Shown here piece after piece: positions 12,401 through 24,400 of a DNA stretch of 64,000 nt (position 1 is its first letter; each line of letters starts with the position of its first letter). Below the pieces are notes generated by a model that was given only the letters and a program-made list of their open reading frames with translations, was not told the origin of the DNA and ran no database searches. The position numbers and the translations under genes are program-made. Source of the stretch: Bugula neritina (Eukaryota > Animalia > Bryozoa); assembly GCA_964035545.1 (NCBI GenBank), contig OZ037765.1:19778995-19842994 (forward strand), written 5' to 3'.

Positions 12401-15400
12401 GCAACAGCTGGATTTTGGTGCTCACGGACCACTTAACTCGGTGGGCTGACGCCCTGGCAATCCCAGACGCGTCAGCTCCAATGTAATCATTAAGCCTAGG
12501 GCCACACGGTGCGTATTTTCGCATGCGAAAATTGAAATCACAAGTAGCAAAGGTGTCCACTGTGCGCGTTGAGAAAACCTTCGCACTTGTCGCTCTGCAT
12601 TTTCAACGCAAGTGCGAATCGTCTCTGTCGTCGTCACCTAATTGGCTGGTAGCTATTCAGCGAGCCCAATTTCTTTATTTAGTGCTATATTCCAGTAAAT
12701 TGCGTTTTATTGAAAGCGAGTGCGATTTAAAAATGAAAGCTTTATTTATCACGCATCACTGACGCTACAGTGGACACCTTTGCTACCCGTGATTTTAATT
12801 TTCGCATGCGAAAATACGCACAGTGTGGCCCTAGGCTAACTGTTGTGAATCTTTCTTACTTATGTATCACATTTCTTACTTGTGTATAATTATCTAAATA
12901 TAATTCTATCTTTCTATGACCAACTTGCTTGGTTTCTCATGCAACCACGCAGTGTAAATTCAGTAGCCGATATCATGCAATAACACCGATCTAGTAGTGC
13001 ACAAAACTACAACAATAATTCATTCATGCTGAGCTATAATAAAGTAATATGACAAGTCACTGGACACTCAATACACACAGGTGACATGAAATTCAAATTG
13101 CAATAATAATTTTAAATACTTCGAATCACTACAGTCACTGTGGCAGTTCTTGTCTTTATTTTTAATCACTTTGATGGTTAACCATAATTATTATCATAAT
13201 GCAAATATAGAACTAAAACCTGATGGCCTCAATTTTAATTCAAATTTATTTCAATTTCAGAACTCAAGATGATTAGTGGGAATATTCATATTGAAATTAT
13301 GATTATTTTATTTTCTAAATGTTTAGTCAAGATGTGAAACTAATATTAGATAATATTTATAATGACTAAAATATCAAAACGAAGTGCCGTTGATATTGGT
13401 ATTGCTTGACAATAAATTATTGTTACAATATGCACTAATTATTAATTTACTACAAACCGTCAAAAAAAACTAACAACTATGATTGCTCTGGTGATAATTC
13501 TTATAATCAATTGTTCATAAAGTAAGCTATTCTATGTATATCCTAACGTCCAATAGAAACATGAGAAAGGGCTTCTATAAGTAACCCCAAGCAATAAAAA
13601 CCCAAAGAACCAAAGCTATATTTGCTGAAAATTCTCGATAATTCTAAATATCGAATATCTTATCAGCAATAGTTTTTACTCCTTATTTTCTTCACTTCCA
13701 CTGGGCCACAACTACACACTCCAAGCTTGAATAGACCATGTAAAACTCAGCCAATCACCCAAGTGTACCAATTGAATTTCTCACCATGATAACATATAAA
13801 ATTTCTCAAGTTCAATTGCAAAATGCATGCTTCCAGAGAAGACATTTCTCTGGTGTACATTTGTTGGTGCAATACTAGGTCTGGTACTGTTGGCTTACCC
13901 CATATACTATGCTTTTCCTTGTAGATTTGCTGACAGTGACTGTAGAAAAAGTAGTCAATACTAAAGCCGTTGTTTCTCTTCTGATGGGCAGTTTGCCTTT
14001 CATTTCTCCATCTCAAGATACAATCAGTTCCACTTCTGTGACTGCCACTTCAAACGCAGACAGTGTTGGACCATCTCCTTCCACCACCCGACCTTCTCTC
14101 AAGTTCACCAGCAAGGAGCTGAGTCTAGGGGAACTCCAAGGCTATCTGGTGTATGAAGTGAGTCAGAAGGAGTTTTACATACAACTTGAGTCAGATACTG
14201 ACCTGTTGGCAGATGTCAGTGAAAAGGTGTCAGCCCTGTCAGCTAGCAGTAAGCAGTTGGTGAATCCTGCTGTGGGTGAGGCATGTATTGCTAGATTCAG
14301 TGAGGATGAGGTCTGGTACAGGGCAGAGGTCACTCAGTGCTCATCTGACTCTTATGATGTGAAGTTTGTAGACTTTGGTAACAGTAGCTGTGTAGTTGCT
14401 AGTGATGTGCTGGAGATATCAAAGGAGCTATCTGATATCCCTACTCTGGCTATACGATGCTCTCTTGTGTGTGAAGACAACTCCCAAAACCTCACTGACT
14501 GGGCCACAGGTATGTTGAATTAATAAGAGTCAAGTATCTTGGGTGGTTTATTACATAAAAAGAGGTTAGCTTTACATCTAGCCTGTTGTCAGGAAAGGAT
14601 AATTTTAAATGATGACTATTTTTGGTAATGAGAAATTTTAAATTGTAACATACAATGGAAATTTAGAAATACACTTAAATGTTTTGTTATTGTTTTTAGT
14701 TGGGCTGCTTTAATCTAAAATCATTAACAACGTTATTTTAGGCAGTCTAAAATCTTATTCTAGTTGTTTTATAAAAGAGAGATTTTCTCAGGATAGATGG
14801 GCATATAATGCTTATAGGCACATTACATCTATCATTTTGACATTAGCAGAGCTGACTAATTACATTTATATAATGTTGCGATAAAAAATATCTTAAGCTA
14901 TCAATGCTTTTTGGAGTTGTGTGCCCATGCAAATTAATTATGACTTATGCACACAGCGTCTTCATTGTAGTTTGACTGACCTGTTAATGAAATTGTAGTC
15001 TAGCTCGGTGATTCTAGCATTAGAGAAATAATACTAATGGCTGGTAACTTTTATTAGGAGTTATTCTTACCTTGAAGCATAGGCTACTAACATAAAAAAT
15101 TAATAATATAACAAGTCACTGATCGCTTGAATAAACACAGGTAATATCAAATTCAAATTGATTAGATGATTATCAAAATCGTCATTACTGTCGCTATGGC
15201 AACTATTGTGTTTATTTCTGATCACTTTGATAGTCAAACATAATCATTATCATAATGCAAATAAAAAAACTCACAGCTTTGGTTTCAATTTTAATTTAAC
15301 ATTATTTCAAGTTCAAAACTCAAGATGATTAGTCTGAATATTCATGTTACAAAATTTTATGATTATTTTATTTTCTAAATTTTTAATTAGTCAGGATAAG

Positions 15401-18400
15401 AAACTAATGGATAATAATTATAATGGTTAAAATATCAAAGCAGAATGACATCGATATTAATGTTGCTTTAACAAATTATTACAATATATACTGTTTAATA
15501 ATTTACTACAAGGCGCTAAAAATAATTAATAAATACAATTGCCCCGAAGATAATCATTGTAATTGTTTATGGGTAAACTATTCTATATATAACCTAACAT
15601 CCTATGAAAACATGAGAAAGGGCTTCTAACAGTGACCCGAGCAACAAAAACCCAAACGAACCCAAGCTATCTTTACTTTAGCTGCTTCCAAATTATTAAT
15701 GAATGTCTCATCAGCAATGGTCTTTACTCATCATCATCTCCATTTTCACTGGGCCACAATTACATGCTCAATCTGATGCATTGAAAGCATACAATGTGAA
15801 AATGTGCTATAACATCAATGTAGTTGGATATATAACTCTACAGTTGTGTTTGAGTTGTAGCTAATATAATGTTGTAGATACATCATGAGTGTAACTTAAC
15901 GGTTCTGCTTTAAATTGGAATATTTGGGTAACGGCTGCGAAATCGTGTTAATAGGAGCTAGCTCTCTTTTCTTGTATAGATAATACAGTACTTCCTCCAC
16001 ATCTCACTAAACTGTGAGTCCGAAACCTCAATAGTAGAATACCAGGTTTAACTCGGACATCCGTTAAATTTGGCCATGGGTTCACGCCCTTTTCGTTACC
16101 TATGAAACTTTGCGGGAAAGGGATCCGTGAGCTACTGAGGGAACACTGTATGTTTCTGGTTGCCGTGATCATCAGAGGAATTTCTTTAGTGTAATGATGG
16201 TCTTGTACTTTTTTTAATATATCCTGTTTGCTCAATCAGATGCTATGCTTTTCCTTGCAGATTTGCTGACAGTGACTGTAGAACAAGTAGTCAATACTCA
16301 AGCCGTCGTTTCTCTTCTAATGGGCAGTTTGCCTTTCATTTCTCCATCTCAAGATACAATCAGTTCCACTTCTGTGACTGCCACTTCAAACGCAGACAGT
16401 GTTGGGCCATCTCCTTCCACCACCCGACCTTCTCTCAAGTTCACCAGCAAGGAGCTGAGTCTAGGGGAACTCCAAGGCTATCTGGTGTATGAAGTGAGTC
16501 AGAAGGAGTTTTACATACAACTTGAGTCAGATACTGACCTGTTGGCAGAAGTGAGTGAAAAGGTGTCAGCCCTGTCGACTAGCAGTAAGCAGTTGGTGAA
16601 GCCTGCAGTGGGTGAGGCATGTATTGCTAGATTCAGTGAGGATGAGGTCTGGTACAGGGCAGAGGTCACTCAGTGCTCATCTGACTCTTTAGATGTGAAG
16701 TTTGTAGACTTTGGTAACAGTAGCTGTGTAGTTGCTAGTGATGTGCTGGAGATATCAAAGGAACTAGCTGATATCCCTACTCTGGCTATACGATGCTCTC
16801 TTGTGTGTGAGGACAATTCCCAAAACCTCACTGACTGGGCTACAGGTATGCATATACTGTCTCTAAGCTGCCTGGTGTTTTGTAGCTTGTGTTGTCTCAA
16901 TTTGCCGACTTTCATATCAAATGTATTCTTACAGACATGATAACTATTGCTGTGGAAGAAGTTCAACAGAACACTATCTGTGTAACCCTGAGGGACCCCG
17001 ACGGAGCCCCCTTTTTGGCATCATCTCAAGACGTGAACCCGGTAACCCCTGAGCACTCCCATTCGTCACTCTCTTGTGTTTCCTCCAATTCCGTGCCAAC
17101 CCTTTCCAGCACCTCCAGTCCAGCCCGCAGCCAGCTTGTTTCTCTGCCTAAAAATAATATTCCACCAGGTATGTATACCTTCCTCCTGTACAGATGTGTG
17201 CGTTTAGCATAATGTAACTATCATTGGTAAAAATCGCATTCCTGTATCAGTACTAAGATTTTATAAAGGGTCTTCCTTCATGTGCACTGTGCAGCATTTG
17301 AGTTTCCGATTGCCTTAGCCTAGTGTGTGTGCATATTAAGTGCTGTCTGCTGTTCAGGTACGTACAAGGCCTACATCTCCCACATTGATGGTGCTGACAA
17401 CACTCTCTACGTGCAACTCAGTCAGAACAGTGAACTGCTGGACAACATAACTTCCTCTCTGGCTACCCTGGCACTGAATGCCGAGCCAGAGGTGTACAGT
17501 CCTGTTGGACAAGCCTGCGTCTGCAAATACTCAGCCGACAACTGCTTCTACAGGTACTGTTTCCTGTTGGTTTTCACGTCTCATCATTTCTGAATTAATT
17601 CCTTTATGCGAGAATAAAAATTTTTCATTGGTTTTTATAGAGCCATGGTCTCTGAGTTGCACAGTGAAAGGGGAACTAGCACTCTAGTCTATGTAGACTA
17701 TGGGACACGGGAAGAAGTGGTTAATAGCAGCGTTAAGGTGTTACCAGCTTCACTACGTCAGTACCCACCCGTGGCAATCAAATGTACAACAAGGCAGCCA
17801 TGTTTGACTGGTGTGTCAGCCGAACGCCTCGTTCAGCTCTTCAGCGGCAAAGAGTTGTCTGTTCAAATAGATGGTGCCGATGAGCCGTATAGCTTGACCG
17901 TCCTTGACCTTGATGCTGACGATCTCAAAGCTGCAGGTGATTAAACTCACCACCTATGCTTGTATACTCTCTATACCTGGTGGCTTGCATCCACTAACCA
18001 ACATTGCCACCAGAGTTTATGAATGCCAAAGATGTTTTTATGTTTCCTTTTCTTGCCTCCGTCATTCCCCATTTCCATAGTAATGTTGATTTTCTTTGTA
18101 CAAAACTTTGTGTTTTTCTGAGTATCTTTGGAAGGAGTTCCAATACTTGCATCATGCTGTTTATATGTTACCTGTGGACAAGAGTCTTCCTGAAACAATT
18201 AGAATAAAAGTATTTACAACCGTCACACATCTTTGCTCTTCCTATGTTGTCAGCCACTAAATATATACCTCGGATGGGGGCTTAACTAGATTTAGGTTCT
18301 TGACACTGTTATTCTTTTTCTTTTCTTTACAAAAACCCCTGTCTGCTCTGAATTCTTGTTAGTATAAACGATATTGTTTGCATGGCTGTGATATTCCTTT

Positions 18401-21400
18401 ACCCACGGTGTCTGCTGGGCTCGTCATACCTTGTATACATGCAGCAGACTTTACTGCAGTAAAAGTCGCTGGCTTTGAAGGGGTCACTGCTAAGCTTTTT
18501 CCTATTTTCATCATTGAAAAGGATATTTGGTGACGTTTTACATAATCTTTGTTGAGAAAAAAAATTTACTTTACCTTCTGTCTTACCTGTTAGCTAATTA
18601 GGACATATATTAATCACAAGGGCAGCTATTTTATTTTTACCTAAGAATTTTTAATTTAAAACGCTACTTTGCACTCAGCTTTCTTGTTGATGACAAGTGA
18701 TAGACTTCACAGCCTTGCAATAGAAAGCTAGTGATGATAGCCAACTGTAGTATTATAAGCTGCATTTAAGGCTTTACAGTAGGTTAACTGCTGACTAAGC
18801 GCTGTCAGTAGTAGAATGTAGCTTCATTTCTTCTCTAGGCGTGGCAGATGTTGGTGAAATGTCCAGTTCATCCACTTTTGTAAATTTGACTTCGTTCAAG
18901 TAAGTTCACAATATTGCATAGTCCAAACATTTCCTTGTTTATAGTTTATAGTTGATTGCCATACTAAACAAGTATGGCAATCAACTAACTATATCTTTTA
19001 CCTATTTCTGTGCACATTTTACGAGTTTTATTTCACGTTTTAGTTTCATTAAGTATTTTTATTTTTCTATTTTGTTCTTTGTAGATACTCGCAGCCTGCA
19101 TTGGATATATGCAACAACGATGTCCAAGTCGATATTGGCCATATTGTTAGTCCAGGAAAGTTTTATTGTCAGTTTTTTCCTGAAGATTTACAATCTCTAG
19201 ATTCACAGATGCAATCAGTATATTCTAACGAACGCCATCGAGTCCTTTTACCTCCAGATGAAGCATCTGAAGGTAAGTCCTTCATCTCTAGTATCACTCA
19301 GAAACTGTATATATGATAGAAAAAACATAGCATGGAGGGAGCTACTAATACCGATAAGCGCCATGTGTATTATCTATATTCTCATACATAAATTTACTCA
19401 TCAATGATGACTGGTCTCACTCAGACCAATGCAAGAAATAAATGTATCTATTTAAACCATCAAGTCAGTTGTTTGCTGTTCAAACTCACAAGTTTAAAGT
19501 TTAAGTGCAGGTCTGTTTATAAATTTATTCTGCTCCAGCTACTTTTTACTTATTATAGGAGTTGCCTGTGTGGCCAAACTTCAGGAAGGAACATACGTCA
19601 GGGCAGTTTATATTTGTGGTGTTATCTATCCTTCCAAGCACTGTCAGGTGAAGCTGATTTTGTCATTTCCTGTTTCTACTAGTGTTACTTGTTTACTTGC
19701 GCTGGAATTTGTTTCATTTCAACAATAGACCCTTTTCAGAGGTTTTCCTCCCATACCCCTTTACAATTAAGAGTTGTATTCTCCCAAAGTGAATAGGTTG
19801 AACCTTTGTATAAAGAGCAAACTCATTAAAAATTTAAAGTTTGGCTGCTACTTAAAATTCTTATTATTTTATAGAATTGTTCTTTTAGCAGATAGATATT
19901 TTGGTATAAGCACACATATTAGCAGTTGGCTTTGTGGCTTTAGTTACTGAACAATGCTGAAGTGGCACTTCAGCATTGTTCAGTAACCAAAGCCACGAAA
20001 ATCTGCTCAAGTTTATTTTCTTCAAGGTTTTTCATGTTGGGAAGACACAACTCTTAGTTGTAAGGGGGATATTAGGGACCTCTGAGAAAGGTCTGTTGTA
20101 AATTTTGCCACATCATGAAGACAGGTATATTTGTTTAAACTTCACCTATTAGACTACATTAGTAGCATTGGTGTTTGTGCGGTGAAACATTTGTCTTTAA
20201 TTGTTATGTTTGTCTTTGCAGGCGTTTTTAGTAGATTTAGGTATAATTATTACCATTTTGATGACGGATCTGTACCAACTGCATGTTGAATGTTCAACAT
20301 TTCCCGTCCAAGCAGTTGAGTGTAGTTTAGCTGGAGTCTACCCCATTCTCGGACATGAGTGGGAAGAGGACTGCATCACGCAGTTCTATGAGATCAACAG
20401 GCTAAATGCAGCCCCTACAGCTCATATTGTCAAGGTAGGAAGGGAATGGGGTAGGTGCAGTAATAGAGAAATTGAAAAAAGCCTGTGTTCTAGGTTAGAA
20501 ATGTAGCATAAGAAGTTATGTTCTCTGGAGAATTTTAACCCGCACCCAGAGCCAAAATTTAATAATAAAATTAAAGAACTAAGGCTATCTCAATTTCTCC
20601 ACTACTGCTCCTAAATGCAGTGAATATCACTAGATATATAAGAGTTGAATATCTAATGCATGTGAATCAATGTGTTTCATTCGGGTTAAACTCCTAGTCT
20701 AGCTGTTGTAAGGTTATAAAAGAAAGACTGTTGCAGGTTATAAAGAAAGACGTTGGTGATAGAGTCACAGTGCTGCTCACACTAAGTTATGGTGGGGAGT
20801 CGCTAGCAGAAACTCTTATTCACTCCGGATTATGTAACAGTATTCCAGCTTCAGGTAATTGTTTTACACCTAAAATATTTAAAAATAGGTCCCTAAAATT
20901 CCATATTTTTCGAGTTTTTGTTGTATTGTAATCGCGTCTTCAAGTTGCTGGCGGAAAGCTTCTTGAGCTGCAGAAGTATAGCTTATTGGGTCTCATATTT
21001 ACATACTACCTGATGAGGTTAAATTAATTTCATATTTTAGGGAATTATTTCACCTATTTTAGTACAAATTGAGAAAGTATAACTAAACAAAGATATTTCA
21101 TAAAAATCTTGTAGGCAATTTATTTAAGATATTGAATTTACCGATTTCAAAAATGTTGTGGTAAATTTGGTCAACTATGATATTTTTCTTGTGAGTGCCA
21201 TTCAAAACTTTTTGGCTGCAATAAAACTGATAGTTAATCAACTCTATTAAACCTATAGCACCTTATATTGCATGGTTTCATGCGATGAAATGTTTCCACT
21301 GAGTAGTTTATTTACAGAGACGCCTGTGAAAGACTACTGTGTCACTCTGTGTGGTGAAATAAAATCTGAGTTGTTATCTTCTCCCGAAAGTAAAGCTACA

Positions 21401-24400
21401 TACTTGTCAGATAAGGTATTCGCAGCTGATCAATTTCATCTTCAGTGTTTCATAGTTTATATAATTCACTATGCACCAAATTAAACCATAACCCTTGTGT
21501 TTTTAATATTTAAAGTATGTTTTTCCCTAATTCGTGGCTAAATGTAACTCGTAGTTATGTCTTAGTGGTTTTTGTGGTTTTAAAGGTGTCAGATATTTAT
21601 TTCATTTAGTCTAGATTGCATATCGCATCATTCAATTGAAGGTTATATAATACAGTCAGCACTCTTTCTGATTCATGCTAAAGGTTAGCGAGTTTGTACA
21701 GCGAGTATCTCCAGCCCTCCACCAACAAGTAGAGAGTATGGGCGACGATGGTGAAGAACTCTGCACGGCACAGGATGTTGTTGGCTATGTGTCTCAACTG
21801 ATACTCTCTGAGATCTCTCATAAACCTCCCCCTCTACCCCTGGTAGCTCGGGTGGTAGACAAGACCGTCATGTTGGCAGAGGTTTGTACTCACCAGTTTT
21901 TCAATGTCAGCCATATTCATCGGGTAGTAAATAGGTTAATAACTGTTGCGATTGACAGTAGCTAAGAAACTCATCTTCTGTTGTAGAAGATTTAGTTATT
22001 TATTTTTTATTATATTTATTTATTACAAGTATAATATTTACTAATAATATTTAATAATAATAAGTACAATAATTACTAATTTGCTATAAGTATAATATTT
22101 ACTAAATATAAATCTTTTGATAAATATACGTATTTATTATAATAAAATTTGTATTTAGTAAATTAGAAAATTTAGAAGTTTTAATTCTTTCACAAGTTTT
22201 CATTTTCTTGTTTTAAAGTTGTTTAGTGAAACCAGCCTAGCTGAATATGCATTTCAAACGGTTTTGTAACTGATTTAATAACAGCATTTACCTTCTAGCT
22301 TGAATTTTATTTACAGGCGCAGAATATTTTGGGATGTCTACTGGAGGAAGTTATGCGTATGAACTCGGAGATTGTGGAGAATATGTGTGAAGATGGTCTG
22401 GTAGCAATGGACAGTCTGATGAGGTCATACTCTGATGATGAGGTCATGCCGTCTGCTACTGTAAAACAAGTGGCTGCAGCTGTTGGTGATGAGGTGGTGC
22501 GTTTCGATTCGTCAGCCATTAATACAACTTGTGAGTCGGGCACTTCCATGGAGAGTTCACAACCAGAACGATCTTCTGTAGATGACACTTCATCTTTAGA
22601 ACTTACACCGGAAAAGCATCCTTCTGCAGGAAATACGCCTATGAAGCTGCCTACAGCAGAAACTAGTTCTTTATCCATAGAAACAAGAAGCTCTCTGTCC
22701 ACCACCAGCTCACTGCCAGATCCGGCAGTATTGGAACATGTGTCACGCAATTCACCATCATCTGTTGATGCATCTAAATCTGGTTCTTCTTTGTCAGATG
22801 CAATAGCCTTATCTGCGGAAATATCTGCACCGGATGGCTCGTGTACTGAACTGTTTGCTGATGACAAAGATGGAAACTGTGATAAGTTGTTGATTAGAAG
22901 AATTGAGCCGGAAGATCCAAGCGACGGGACCCAAAACACACAGCCTGGGGATGAGGTGCTGCCTGGAGTAGCGGCTATTAGGTTATCCGACAGTGAAGAT
23001 GACAAGGCTGAGATCTCTGGTACTCTTTCCGGCATGTCTCTTTCGGGTTTGTTTCTCTTCTCTCTTATATTGGAATAGTGTTGCCTAATTTATATTTGAT
23101 GTATACTTTTGGGGGAGAGGGAGCAGCCGTGGTCTAGGGGTTAGAGTGTTTGCCTAGTAAGCACGGAGTCATGGGTTCTAACCCCAGTAAAGGCCAGTGG
23201 TAATGGTAGGAAGAGCATCCAGTCATACTTGCTCCTGTGCCCCATCTGAATAAGTCCTCAGCCTGCTTTAAAAACCCTTTCCATCAAGGGTTTTCTCACT
23301 AGGATGGCGACTATAAACTTGCGCGAGTGAGTGAGTATACTTTTGGGGGAGGAATTGCTGGATTTATTGTAAGAGCAGAAGTGTCTGTAGTCACTCTCAG
23401 GAGCTGAACTAGCAGACCTGTACGTTGGAGAGTTGGCAATGGCTATCTGTAGTTCAGCTTCTGGTTGTAAATTGTGACCCTGTTGAATAAAATTATCTAC
23501 TTTTTTGTCAACTCTTGTGGGTTTATAGTGGACATTCCTGTGAGAACTCCTGATGTAAAGGGTTTTTTAATAGGGCTAAGGACCTTTTCACTATTGAAAT
23601 TACGACTGGATGCTCTTCCTAACATCACTAATGGCCTTTATTGAGAATCGAACCACTGACCTTCTATTTATTATGTCTGCTAATAGGAAATTCTAAATTT
23701 TCGTCGTATAAGTGTCAAATTCATTGCTTGCACATGTTTGCATTGTAGAAGTGGTGGGCTCAGCATAATCATATACTATTGTGTCTAATATGTACGTGTG
23801 TCTCATTTACCTGGACATCTCTTCATGTATTATTGTATTTGTTTATACTCTTATTTGTTAGCAAATGGTGATGATGTTAGTGTACTGTGCAATAATGACA
23901 CGGCAGAAGAACTGGTGACTGAGGGGGAAGGTGATAACATAACGGAGGTAGAGTCAGCTGTGTCTGCTGACTCTACAGAGGGTAAACTGGAGGGTATGGA
24001 GAAGACCGACTCGGTCAGCATGGATGTTGCTGCCGAGGTTTCGGCTGAAGAATGTGAAGGAGACCCTGATGGAGACAAGGAGGACACTGTTGAGGAATTT
24101 CCCGCTAATAGTGAATCTGAGACTGGTGTAGCAGGAGAACCTGGGGCTCAGGTTTGTGCATGTCATGTTACAGTTTAATAACTATTTCTATTAGGACAAC
24201 ATTGCTATAGCTCAGGGTTTCCAGTCTAATATACTTATAAGTACCCCTAGTGAGTATAGAGGTACGTTAGACAAATTGTATGTTACTTTAGTTTACATTA
24301 CCTTGGGCAACAGTTTGTACCAATATTTTTTCTGCTTTTATTTTATAGACTTTTTTCTAGTTCAAACAGTATTAAATAAAACCTGCAGAAAATTCTGGGC

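Larger units (their letters stand above)
9684..16845 (+). repeat. Tandem triplication of a Tudor-encoding exon (exon 13: 9684-10202; exon 14: 13925-14509; exon 15: 16261-16845) with partly co-duplicated introns
   Basis: Near-identical peptide PSL[RK]FTSKELSLGELQGYLVYEVSQKEFYIQLESDTDLLA...ARFSEDEVWYRAE...KFVDFGNSS...NLTDWAT in all three. Intron blocks 10203-10766 ~ 14510-14779 and 13051-13715 ~ 15111-15765 are also homologous. Confidence 0.95.

Noticed and set aside
9684-16845. Exon triplication as an assembly or haplotype artefact
   Set aside because: Flanking introns differ in length, insertions and substantial sequence, and each exon has private substitutions and intact splice sites.
22307-23035. 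242-aa antisense ORF
   Set aside because: Shadow of the Ser-rich Tudor exon 26; no independent homology recognised.
23118-23190. tRNA-like sequence
   Set aside because: It is the head of a SINE (TSD, tail, dispersed copies); no complete cloverleaf is evident.
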